Below, one piece after another: positions 15,861-29,730 of a stretch of 64,000 nt of DNA. The stretch lies in NCBI RefSeq assembly GCF_009914755.1, contig NC_060930.1. The stretch is one strand, 5' to 3'. The notes under the pieces were generated by a model, which saw nothing but the letters and a program-made list of their open reading frames with translations, did not search any database and was not told where the DNA came from. The position numbers and the translations under genes are program-made. The stretch's first letter is position 1. Each line of letters begins with the position of its first letter. The DNA is from the human T2T-CHM13v2.0 reference genome, Homo sapiens.

Positions 15861-16540
15861 GTTAGTACAAACATAAGAGTAATTAAAATCTGCCTAACGA
15901 CAGCCATCATTCCAAAAATTTTCAGAAGAAAATTCTGACTTTGTTTAAAAAAAAGGTAAAAAGAATAAGTTAGATGACTACCTTCAGACACTCTTAATGG
16001 CAATAAGCGACTCTAAAAGAACCCAAGCCCAGTTCTAACACAGAGAAGAAACTAGAGCATTAGAGTATTTATTAAGGAGGTTAGGCAAGAGATTTATGTG
16101 TCAGCTGTGGTTTTAGAACTTACAATTTTCTTTTTATGGTATAGAAGTTAATTCATTTATTAAGTATTTATTGAATACCTTCTCTGTGCCAGACACTGTT
16201 ATGACTTTGCTTTATTCAAACAAAAATAGAAAAATATCCCAGTTCTAAGGAGCTCTTTAAAATGCTATTTTATTATTCCATTCGATTTTAATCCTAGCAA
16301 TTCCCGCCTTGAGGAATGATTAGACAAACTTGTACCCATTTTGAAAAAAAATTTAAGTTATAAGGAAAAGTAAGCTTTAAACAAAACATGATATTATATT
16401 GATTATTGTTATTTTTACACTTCATTCAATAGCTTAAAATTCTAACAAAAATTAAATCTAACTAATCCAACACGATACTTTAGACTAAAAGCCATCATGT
16501 CTGCCAAAGTATTTACTCCAAATTCTATACATATTAACAC

Positions 16541-17022
16541 TTCTCTCTCTCTCTCTTTCCTCTCTCTCTCTTTCCTCTCTCTCTCTCTGTGTGTGTGTGT
16601 GTGTATATATATATACGTGTATATATATACACGTGTGTATATATATACACGTGTGTATATACATACGTGTATATACATACGTGTGTATATATATACGTGT
16701 GTATATACATACGTGTATATATATACGTGTGTATATACATACGTGTATATATATACGTGTGTATATACATACGTGTATATATATACGTGTGTATATACAT
16801 ACGTGTATATATATACGTGTGTATATACATACGTGTATATATATATACGTGTGTATATACATACGTGTATATATATATACGTGTGTATATACATACGTGT
16901 ATATATATATACGTGTGTATATACATACGTGTATATATGGTTTTAAATATACACGTGTATATATAGTTATAAATATACACATATATATGGTTATAAATAT
17001 ACATGTGTATATATATATGTAT
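16541..17022. repeat. Compound (TC)n-(TG)n microsatellite plus a 30-bp AT/CG minisatellite (unit ACGTGTATATATATACGTGTGTATATACAT)
   Basis: Read directly; explains the six spurious Y/I/T/H/V/C ORFs. Confidence 0.97.
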
Positions 17023-17734
17023 ACTGTAGAAATTATGGCTTTTATAATGAGCAGCAGAATTATCGGTGATGAGAGAGGAAATCCAACCCATCACAGTACA
17101 AATGAATCAAGGACATAATAATGAATAATATCCAAAAGGGAAAGCAGTAAAGAACATAATGTCTGGAATGCAAAACTTTTACCACACTTTTATTTGACCT
17201 TAAGTAGCGTTCAGTACATAGAGTCAAAATATGTGTCCCAAAGAACATTAGGGCTGCAGAATATAAAAGGATGCCAAGCACAAACATGAAATAAATAAAT
17301 AAATAAGCTAGTCATGGAGCGATGATTTTCATAGCAATATATAGGCTAATGAAACACTGTTTAATATAAGATTTCTCAAGATCTTTTGTTTTCTAATTAG
17401 ATAGTATGACTTTCCAGGAAGAGCATATAATTTTTCAGTATTTATGAAATGTGCTTGACCATGGAAACATTTTCATGAAGAATTACTTTGCCAAAGTTTC
17501 CAAGAAACAGATTAAGGTGTTGGGAGCCTAAAAGAAATCATGTATACAAAGCATCCATTACGGTGCCTGGCACAGAGCAGACGCTCACTGAAAGGTATTA
17601 GTAGCTGTGGGAACAGTCATGGAATTCTTGTTGCTGTTATCACTGCGCAAGGAAAGCCATAGTTTTATGATGGCTGGCTCATACTCTAAACACATGTAAA
17701 GTGCTTCTGAAAATAGAAGAGGAGAGACAGAAGG

Positions 17735-17910
17735 GTTCTAGCAGACATATGTGCCACAACTTGTTAGGCATGCAAATGCATTATCATTGAATTCTTACAA
17801 CCGTGGTAGAAGGTAGTCTTATTATGTCAGTTTTACAGGTGATGAGACTGAGGTTCACAGTATGCTAACAGTTCCACAGTAAGTAAATGATAGGTCTATC
17901 TGAATTCAGA
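17735..17910 (-). mobile_element. MIR fragment
   Basis: MIR core cagttttacaggtgatgagactgaggttcaca. Confidence 0.6.
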
Positions 17911-18199
17911 ATTAACTAAAGTTACTCTTCTTTGTCAAATAACATTAATTTTTTCAATAGACTCTTGATTTTATACTAGAGTTTATTGTTGTTTGCTTGT
18001 TTTATTTGTACTTGCCTTATAGTTTACTAAATAGAGTAGTGCTCTGGAAAATAAAGCAGAGCTGAGGGTAAATTTTGACTCTGCTATTGTTACCTTGGGC
18101 CTTAGCTCCTTATTATAAGATGGGATCCTCCCTCCCTTCCTTCCTCCATCCTTATCTCCCTCCCTTCCTTCCTACCTTTTTTCCTTTCTTTCTTCCATA

Positions 18200-19620
<1,421 letters not shown>

Positions 19621-20589
19621 TCATGGCAATAATTTTTTCAAAAAATGAGGCTCTTAGATCAAATCTCAGATACATGAAACCATGTAAAATTAGGACAAAG
19701 TTTCAGTATGTAGGAGTTCCTGTAACAAGGTACTGTGCAATATGAGGACTGTCTATATAAACATATAAATAGTCATAGTGGCAACAAAGATTGCAATATC
19801 TAAAAATATACTCTAGCATAAGGAAAAATGAACTTTCTGTCAAAGCTGAGCCTAACTGGCCTTGACCAAAAAGAATAGACTGCTATCTGCTTTGTAGAAA
19901 GTAGTCTTTCTACAGGGGGCTAGCGGCATTCCTCTTTCTTTTCATTGTAACTTTTACTTTGTTCAAGGGCCATTGTCACACTCACAGTGAAAGGACAACC
20001 TAGGGACTCTGCCCTTCAGAATAATTAGTAGAGACAGAGAGGAGCAGATCATTTCATGTTATAGATTGGCCCTGACCTTTGTTTCTGAATCTGATTATAC
20101 TTGATGACTAAAATGGTGTAGTAAGGGCTCAGCTGAGACACCTGTAAAAACAATCCACCTCCAAAATGCGAGGCAAGGCACAGCTTGAGAGCCTGGTGAG
20201 CAAAAGACCACTGGGTATGCAGCTATAAAGCTGTAGACAGCTGATGCATACTTTGCAATGCTGGTTCTAAACTAACACCCACAGAGTTTACAAACTAAAT
20301 GAAGTCGTACATAACCTTATTTAGCTGAGGGAATGAGTATATTTATCAATTATTCATAGTTTCTCCTACTTGGCCCTTAAATTGGAATTGACCTTTCTTT
20401 TAGCCACTTGGTGTTCCAAACTGCATTTTAGGGAAAACTCATCAAGTCCAGGAACATCTTCTAGAAAGAAATTACCCACTTCCTCTCCTCCATCACTGCA
20501 GTCAGTTCCTACTTCTCTAGTCTCAGCTGTGTTCAGTGCTTAAGGCTCATGTGCCTTTCCCAAAGTGAGGGGTAAGTCTCAAATTGGAT

Positions 20590-21725
20590 GGGAAAAAACA
20601 AAAATTAGATACCACTACACATCTGTTATAATGGCCCAAATCTAAAACACTGACAACACCAAATGCTGACAAGAATGTGGAGCAACAGGAACTACCATTC
20701 CTTGCTTGTGGGAATGCACATGGTACATCCACTTTGGCAAACATTTTGCACATGGAACATCCACTTTGGAAAACATTTTGTCAATTTCTTGCAAAACTGA
20801 ATATACTCCTACAATACAACTGAGCAATCACAGTCTTTGGTATTTGCCCAAATGAATTACAAACTTACATCCATACCAAAACCTGCACACAGATGTTTAT
20901 AGAAGCTTCATTAATAATTACCAAAACTCGGAAGCAACCAAGATGTCCTTTAGTATGTGAATAGATAAATAAACTGTGGTACATACAGATAATGATATAT
21001 TATTCAGGGCTAAAAAGAAATGAGCTTATAAAGTCATAAAACAACACGATGAAACCATAAATGCATATTACCAAAGGAAATAAGCCATTTTATTCATAAT
21101 TGCCCAAAATTGGAATCAGCCAAGATTTCCTTTAATAGACATATGGATAAACAAATTATGATTCATCCTTATAATAGAATATTATTTGGCAATAGAAAGA
21201 AATGAGCTATCAACCCACAAAAAAGGCGTGAAAGAAACATAAAGGTATATTACTAAGTGAAAGAAGCTAATCTTAAAAAGCTACATACTATTTGATTTCA
21301 AATATATGACATTCTAGAAAAGGCAAAATTATTGATACAGTAAAAGAATCAGTAAAAAGATCAGTGGTTAATGGGGAGGGCGGGATAAATAGCAGAGGAC
21401 AGAGGACTTTTAGGGCAGTGAAACTGTTCTGTATGATACTATAATGGCAGATACATGCTATTCATTTATCCAAACCCATAGAATGTACAACACCAAAAGT
21501 GAACCCTAATGTAAACTATAGACTTTGAGTGACACATCATTGACACATTGTCAAATGATGTATAGGTGCATCAACTGCAACAAATGTACCAATGTGTTTT
21601 GGATTTTGATCATGAGAGAGGCTGTGCATGTACCAAGACAGGGTGTATTTGGGAACTCTCTGTACTTTCTGCTCAATTTTGCTGTGAAACTAAAACTGGT
21701 TTTAAAAACACAGTCTGTTAAAAAT
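20590..21725 (+). mobile_element. L1MC1-type 3' end
   Basis: ccaaacccatagaatgtacaacacc...gtgaaccctaatgtaaactat...ctcaattttgctgtgaaactaaaactg. Confidence 0.8.
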
Positions 21726-23621
21726 TTGGACAAAAAGTAATCCTTTCAATAAGTATTTATCGGATTAGCTGAGACCCCCTAGATCTCTTTCACATATAGG
21801 GCTTATTGTGTCTACTCTAAAACATTCTTATTTGACTTTTTCTTCAGCCGAGTAATAGAAAGAACTTTATCTTAAGTGATCCTAATTCCTCTGGAGGCTC
21901 TATGATTTTTCTCCCAATATTGTCCTAGCTCCAATAGTTTGTAACACATTCTTAAACATCTTTCTAAGATAATCTATGTTCTGAAAAGCTTAGCAGTTAT
22001 AATTCATTAGTTTTTTTATTTTTATTTTTAAATTTAAAAAGTCACAGGTGAAGGGAAAAATGCTATAAAGCCCTAATTTAGAATGACTTTTGAAAGGTTA
22101 TTATTTAAGGCTGTCTTTTGAGAAAGTGACTTCAACAGGTTATGGTGGGCCTGAATTCAGACAGAACAAGCCCAAATTCCATCTTTCACTGCCATGCTAA
22201 ACAGGAAGGAACACATAAAACTGTCAGGCATTTCACTGAAAGGTCTGTATTGGAGTTTTTTTTAAAAAAAATGAAACATTTCCAGTAGTAGTCTGGAAGA
22301 TTTTATTTCATTTGTTTGCCTTATAAAGTCGTGCTTAGTCATCTTATTAAAAGACAACCTTGCTATAGAAAACACAAGCCTGCTCCATGAAATTATGCAT
22401 CAACAAATATTGATTTGCACCAGATTGGACCCTGGTTGCAGGAAGGCAAAGCTATGGCCCAAATGGTCCCATTGATTCAGGATAGAGGAACTGTGTCTTC
22501 TGTCTGTTTTGACTCTCCAGGATTTCCCTAACTTTTCCCTCATCAAAAATATATCAGTCTGCGGACTGAGGTGTTGAATGAATGTGCCAGTAGGTGTGAA
22601 GCGTTGGGCAAGAGTGGCGAGCTCTTTGCGCCTCCCTGTCAATTCCTGCCCGCCACTGGCAACCGTGCCTGCCTTTCCTCTCAGCCACTGCTCTGGCTTC
22701 ATGCTAATGACATTTCTTCTCTAAGCTTTCATTCGAAGGCCATTTCACCCACTACCAGTGTAAAACAGAACCACTTCTTTATCCTCACAAATATGGTAGA
22801 CTCAAGTAGATGTGGCACAATGTGGGGATGTAGCAAGGGGGTGTGTTGAGTTTATTATTTATATACAACAATGCTTGATGAAACAGTTCATCTCTCAGTC
22901 CACTATCCTCAACTTTTGCCTTAAGGAAAGTGAACAGGTAATTAGCTTGCAATGAGTAAGTACCATGAGAAAGGAATGCCACATAGGTGCTATAGAACAC
23001 ATTCACTCAAAAAATTCTTGAAGAATAGAGAAAGGTGAGCAGGGAAGCCTTTCCTGAGAGGTAATGACTAAACTGAGACTCAAAGGACAGGAAGTATCTA
23101 AATCCACAAAAAGGGTAAGGCTGGGCAGCATCTAGTTGGTCTCATTCTTTGTATCAGGAAACTCAGATGGAAAGATGAAGTAACTTTGTCAGAATCACAT
23201 AGCAGAACTGGGATTCATATTGTCCACAGAAGGGACAGAAAGACCAAAATTCAAATCTTAGTGGAAATTACTTCATTTCCATAAACCTTCATCCCTTCAT
23301 TTGTTAAATTATGATGAATGAAATGTTTAGTGCAATGGCTATAAAATAATAATCAGTCAATCAGTGGTATTAATTCAACCATCATTGTCTCGTTTGATTC
23401 TGAGCATGCAGGCAATATGTCCGTCTTGCTCATTGATACATTCAAGGGCCTTATGCAACACCTGGCATAAGACAGATAATTAATATGTTTGAAGAAGTTA
23501 TTGGGAGAATGAAATGAAAGAACACATATGAAGTTCAGGCATTATGCCAATATTTTCTCAAAAAATGTTAATTCTCATTGCCTGCAACTGTGTCAAAAAC
23601 ACAATCCCTTTAAATCATATA

Positions 23622-23950
23622 TAGCCATGCACCACATAATGATGTTTTGGACTGCAAGTACAATTCTGGTCCCATAAGATTATAATATATTTTTACTGTT
23701 TTTTTCTATATTTAGATATGTTTAGAAACACAAATACCATTGTATGACAACTGCCTACAGTGCTCAGTACAGTAACATGCTGTACAGGTTTTCAGCTTAG
23801 GAACAATAGACTACCAGATAGCCTAGATGTGTAGTAGGCTATACCATCTAGGTTTGTGGAAGCACACTCTATGGTATTGGCACAATGATAAAATAACCTA
23901 ATGATGCATTTCTCACAATAATACTCCCATCGTTAAGTGACACGTGTCTA
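23622..23950 (+). mobile_element. Tigger3a (MER7A) DNA-transposon MITE
   Basis: ggtcccataagattataat, ctacagtgctcagtacagtaacatgctgtacagg, gtagtaggctataccatctaggtttgtg. TA flanks. Confidence 0.88.
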
Positions 23951-24346
23951 TAATTCTATTTGGAATTATGTGCGAGTTATCTTAAGTGTCATTTGGTATT
24001 GGTATCCAGGCTCAAGGTTACCACTCATGGCTAATAGTTTTCTAATTGGTGTTTTTTGGCAATAGGTCAGGCATGATCTACTGATACAGCCACTGGCACC
24101 ATCTCAACAGAGATAATAATAATAAAAATTGATGTATCAAAGACAGAATATATAGCCCTGTGCATATGACTTCAGAGTTGTCCTCAGGAAAAAAATAGCT
24201 AAAAATAAATGATGAAAGTCATTTTGAGATTCCAAAATCTTAAGAGGCTTTTATATTCCTGTAACAAATTTGCATTTCCTAATTTTCTGTTGATATTTTG
24301 ACTCTTTTATGGGCATGGATTTCATCTTTTCAATGATTATCTACAG

Positions 24347-24513
24347 TTCTCAGAGCAGTGAAGCCCTGGAAAGCTCTGGCTCTGCTGGACAACAGTGGAC
24401 ACAATCATCCAAGAGACTCTGTGCATGGATACATTTGGTACCAAGAACCTGTTGAGATGGTCACAGTCACAAAGCAATTCTGACCATTTATACAAAGAAG
24501 AACTAGTTGAGAG
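24347..24513 (+). other. Candidate exon (non-coding or alternative terminal)
   Basis: Acceptor-like atctttttcaatgattatctacAG, a non-repeat island of balanced composition, and a possible donor GAG|gttagg. Two AATAAA lie at about 24637-24653. All three frames contain a stop. Confidence 0.3.
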
Positions 24514-24984
24514 GTTAGGATTTGCTAAATGTTCTCTTTTACACTTGCCATCAATCCCCATGATAGCAACTAAAAGATTAGCCTAAACCTGATTGATAAT
24601 AATTCCATTGGCCTCAGAAGACAGCACAAGAAGTGAAATAAAAAGCAAATAAAGTATCATTTTCATTTACCCTTCTTTTAATAATGAGAAAAATGTGTTA
24701 GGGAGATTAAAAGATACACATAAAGCAAATTAATTTTGCTGATAAAATTTTTGAAAATTATTAATATTATAGAGGACTCACATTATCAGAATTCAATATA
24801 GATTACCTGGTTTCAAATTCAATGCCAACCTACTTTAATGATGAAAACACTATACTATTATTAACTCTATTCTGGTCCCTTACCTGCCATTTAACTCTTG
24901 TAGGCCAAGGCCCACTATAAGCAGGAAATGCTAATATATGTACAAAATCTCTGGTAATTTTCATTTTTTAAGAATATGCTCATT

Positions 24985-25935
24985 GAAGGCCAACAGGTAT
25001 GTGAAAAATGCTCAATATCACTAACTATCAAAAAAATAATTCATGATAAAAAAATCAGGCAAATTAAAACCACAGTGAGATATCATCTCATACCTGTTAG
25101 AATGGCTATTATCAAAAAGGATAACAAGTGTTGATGAAGATGTGAAGAAAAGAAAGCCCTTGCACATTGTTGGTGAGAATGTAAATTAGTGTAGCCATTA
25201 TGGAAAACAGTATGGTTGATTCTCAAAAAATTAAAAATAGCACTACCATGTGGTCCAGCAATCCTACTACAGGGTATATATCAAAGGAAATGAAATCAGT
25301 GTGTCAAGGAAATATCTGCATTCCCATGTTCATTGCAGCACTACTTACAATAGTCAAGACATGGAATCAACCTAAGTGTCCATCAATGGATGAATGAATA
25401 TAGAATGGTACATGGACACAGTGGAATACTATTCAACCTTAAAAAAGCCAAAATCCTATCATTTATGACAACATAGATGAACCTGGAGGACATTATGTTA
25501 AGTGAACTAGGCCAGGTACAGAAAGACAAATGCCACCCAATCTCACTTATATGTGGACTCTAAAATAGTCAAATTCATAGAAGCAGAAAGTAGAATGGTG
25601 ATTACCATTCTACTTGAGCCTAGAGGCTCAAGAGCGAAGGGATAGGAGAGATGCTAGTCAAAGGACACACAATTTTAGTTAGACAGGAAGAATAAGCTCA
25701 AGAGATCCACTGTACATCATGGTGACTATAGTTAATAACAATATGTTGTACAATTGAAAATTGCTAAGAGAGTGGATTTTAATGTGAGGTGATGCATATG
25801 TGAGGTGATACATATGTTAATTTGTTGGAATTAGCCATTCCACAAGATATATATGTATGTATGTATTTCAAAAAATCATGTTGTACATCATAAATATATA
25901 TAATTTTTGTCAGTTAAAAAAGTAAATATAGATAA
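24985..25935 (+). mobile_element. L1MA (MA4/5-type) 3' end
   Basis: ORF2 C-terminal remnant (KTWNQPKCPS) and L1MA 3'UTR catcatggtgactatagttaataacaata...gaaaattgctaagagagtggatttt. Confidence 0.85.
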
Positions 25936-26499
25936 ACATTTGTTATGGCAAAAAAAATTGCTCATTAAAAACAGAAATGCTATGCTTTCAAATCAGTGCT
26001 GCCAGTGCCAAAGGGCTCCCCTGGTACTTAGTCTCCAGGGATACATGGCTGATGCCCACAGAGGTTAGTAACTCTAAGCCTGGGACTTTCCATGAAATGC
26101 TCCCATATGTTGTTTGTGACTTTCGCCTACAGTTCAGTTATACATTCAAGTATAGAACAAGTGTAAAACAAAAAAGTGCACTGCGTGTGGGGAAATGTAT
26201 ACTAAATATTAAACAGATACCTAGAAGGATCAGCTGGACAAGACAAGTTGTATTTAAAAAGTTGGTTTGAAGGATTTTTTGTTTTTGTTTTTACTTTTGC
26301 AATTAAGGTACTAGTCGGTGATTCAAACAATACTTGCAAGTTTGCCAATTAACACATTATTCTTATTCACAGACTACCTATATATCATCACAGATACCTG
26401 AGTGAGCAGCGAGAGACAGTATGCTTTACAGAATAAGCTGTATATCAGATCTCTGAATAGAGATCACTTGCTTAAATAAAAATCTGAGAGACAACCCCT

Positions 26500-28425
26500 T
26501 CTCCTGCCTGAAGCCTGACCTTTCTCCTTGTATTAGAGATTTCATTCGTTCTTAAGGACTTGGCTTCTGCAAGTGTTTCCCTGTCTCTCCTGCACTATCA
26601 ACTTTTCCCTGTCTTCTGGATCATTCCCATAACCACACAAATGCCCTATACCAGCTTTAAAATCTCCTATAAAAATACTCCCCCTGGGCCTTCCACTATT
26701 TCCCTTCCATTCTCTCCTGAATCAACTCCCGAGAAGGCTTTCCTTCCCAGGGCACAACCCCAGTGAAAGCAATCTGGTTAAATGGAGCAGTGATATGCAT
26801 TATAACACATCCAATGTTCAATTAATGGTCTTCATCTTACTGGACCTCCCAGCTGCATTTACACAATAGATTACTCTCTCCTCCTTGCAACATTATCTTC
26901 ACTCACCTCCTAATAATATATCACTCCCTCCTAGCTTTCTTAGCCCTTCTCTGGCTGGTCTTGATGAGTCTTCTCTCCCTTCGCCTTTTCTCTTCCTTTT
27001 CTTTACTATGTCTCAGGCTCTATCTACATACACTCCCTGGAAGCCTTACGAAGTCCTAGGGCTTTAGACAACATCATATGCCAATTACATCCAAATTTAT
27101 ATCTCTAGTTCCAATACTTTCTAAGTTGCTGATTGATACAGTAGGTACTTGATATCTCTATGTGGATGGCCATTTAAAACTCTGACATTCTTCCTCTTCT
27201 CAGTGAAGGTGCTACTAACAGGCCCTCAGTGTGGAGGGAGACAAAAGGAAATCTCTTATCTGAACTTAGCTAGTTGGTTCCTCTGTCTTTCCTCTTGTTC
27301 CCTGCAGTCACTTCTCCACCAAGATGCCAAAGGCATTTTTTTTTTGAAAACACAAATTACATTATGTTAATCTCATGCTTGAAACCCTCTAATGGCTTCT
27401 TGTCCATCACACTTGGGCATGAAGCCAAACTCCTGTTTGTAACACATAAGGCCATAAAACATCTGGCACCACTTATCTCTCTAGCCTTCTCACACTGACC
27501 ATTCTGTTCCTGTCCCCTCTACTCCAGCCCCTTGGGCAGTAATGCCATTCCTTGGGCCTATCATGTTCAGTCCCACTTCAGGGTCCTCGTGTGGAAGTTA
27601 ATTTCAGGTGTCAACTTGACTGAGCTAAAGGATGCCCAGATAGCTGGTAAACATTATCTCTGAGTGTTTCTGTGAGTGTGTTTCTGGAAGAGATTAGCAT
27701 TGAAATAGGTAAACTGAGTAAAGAAGCTGTGCCTTCACCAATGTGGGTGGGCATCATCCAATCCATTGAGGGCCTGAATAGAACAAAAAGGCAGAGAAAG
27801 GGCAAATTTGCTCTCTGCTTGAGCTGGGACATCCATCTTCTCCTACCCTCAGACACTGGTGCTTCTGATTCTCAGTCCTTCAAACTTTGACTGAATGACA
27901 CCACCAGCTTTGCTGGTTCTCCATCCTGCAGATGGCAAATCATGATGTTCTCAGCCTCCATAATTGTGTGAGTCAACTCCCTTAATAAATCTCTTTTTAT
28001 ATATCTGTGTATATCCTATTGTTTCTCTGGAGAACTCTGACTAATACACCTTGCATTTGCCAGTCTCTCTGCTTGGAAAATATTTCTTCTAGATTCTCCT
28101 ATGCCCTTCGCTAGCTCCCTGTGCTCATATACTAGTTCCTCAGAGAGAACCTCTCCAGCCATCCTTTATAAAATAACTCTCACCCTCACTCACTACCTAA
28201 ACTACCTAGCCTCCTACTCTAGTCTATTTTTCTCCATAGCACTTACCACTATCTGAAGTTATAACATATATTAATTTACATATTTATTATAATTCTCTCC
28301 AACTTGAATGTAATTCTATAAGGTAGAAACACAATTCTTTTATCCACATTTGTATCCCTAGTAACTAAAACAGTAAATGACAAATAATAGACATTCAATA
28401 AATATACTTTGAATAAAATAATAAA
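26500..28425 (+). mobile_element. L2 3' portion split by the MLT2B LTR
   Basis: L2 motifs on both sides of the LTR; ends cattcaataaatatactttgaataaa. Confidence 0.65.
27590..28048 (+). mobile_element. MLT2B-type (ERVL) solo LTR
   Basis: tgtggaagttaatttcaggtgtcaacttgactg...ctctgactaataca. 5-bp TSD cctcg/ccttg. Confidence 0.88.
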
Positions 28426-29257
28426 CAATAAACATGACTGAGGAAACAATACTTTTCACACTGTGACAAATATACGGTGGGATTTTTTACATATGACTAA
28501 TGGTGAAATATACAATTACATTTTATTATCATTGTACTATAAAATTCCCTTGGGCTTTGCTTTTAGTGGTACATTTAATTTAATTTAATTTTTTATTTTA
28601 ATTTTTTCAGTGACATGGCTCTATATGATGCTATTTCTCCACTTATTATTTAGTAATTCTTCTTTCTCCTGTAGTTTCCCATAATATTTCTATGATGTTG
28701 GTTCCTTAAAAGCTAGCAGGTAACTTTAACGATTCATGCAACAAAGAATTTATTGGCACTGAGCAAAGACAAGCTCAGAACTTGTAATGCAAGCAACGGT
28801 TAGTGAAGCATTCCATACACATCCTCTTTCTGAAAGCAGGCCTACCCCACCCTTCACTTCACAATCAAGGCTTTACTTTAGGTATTTCTTTATGAAATAT
28901 CAGAACAACAGTTTTGTTTTTAGTTGTTGTTGGTGGTGGTTAAACAACTATGAATTTGTCAAAATTCACAAAATTGTACAACAAAAAGTGAATTTTACTG
29001 CTTATAAATTAAAGTATAAAGAGAAAGCTAAAAAAAACTTCATGTCACATAACTGCATTTCTTCATGGCTGAAACAGAAAAGTTCTAAAAATGCTGCTTC
29101 ATGAGGAGTCTCAAAAATTGCTGGAGAACACATTTAGAAGAAAGCTGATTTCTAGCAATTAAGCCAACCAGAGCTAATTTGGTCATAATAAATGATTGAA
29201 CCTTATTAGTAGTCATGGATAGTTGAAGTTTTAGAAATTTAGAACATAGATAGAAAC

Positions 29258-29730
29258 TTTTTTTTTACTTTTAAGTTCAGGGGTACAAGTGCAGGTTTGC
29301 TACATAGGTAAACTCGTGTCGGGGGGTTTGTTGTACAGATTATTTTACCACCCAGGTATTAAGCCTAGTACACATTAGTTGTTTTTCCTGATCCTCTCCC
29401 TCCTCCCACCCTCCATCCCCCAAGAGGCTCCAGTGTGTGTTGTTCTCCTCTAGGTGTCCATGTGTTCTGATCATTCAGCACCCACTTATAAGTGAGAACA
29501 TGTGGTATTCGGTTTTCTGTTCCTGTGTTACTTTGCTAAGGATAGTGGCCTCTAACTCTATCCCTGCAAAGGACATGATCTCATTTTTTGTTATGGCTGC
29601 ATAGTATTCCATGGTGTATATGTACCACATTTTCTTTATCCAGTCTGTCATTGATGGGCATTTAGGTTGATTCCATGTCTTTGCTATTGTGAATAGTGCT
29701 GCAATGAACATATGCATGCATGTGTCTTTA
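29258..29730 (-). mobile_element. L1PA (about PA10-13) 3' end, 5'-truncated
   Basis: T-tail followed by ttaagttcaggggtacaagtgcaggtttg. Minus-strand ORF MFIAALFTIAKTWNQPKCPS is the ORF2 C-terminus. Confidence 0.9.

Noticed and set aside
16690-16930. Regular 30-bp repeat resembling a CRISPR array
   Set aside because: No unique spacers and no cas genes; this is a human minisatellite.
16442-17118. Six overlapping 125-186 aa ORFs on both strands
   Set aside because: An alternating RY repeat cannot contain TAA, TAG or TGA, so the ORFs are artefacts.
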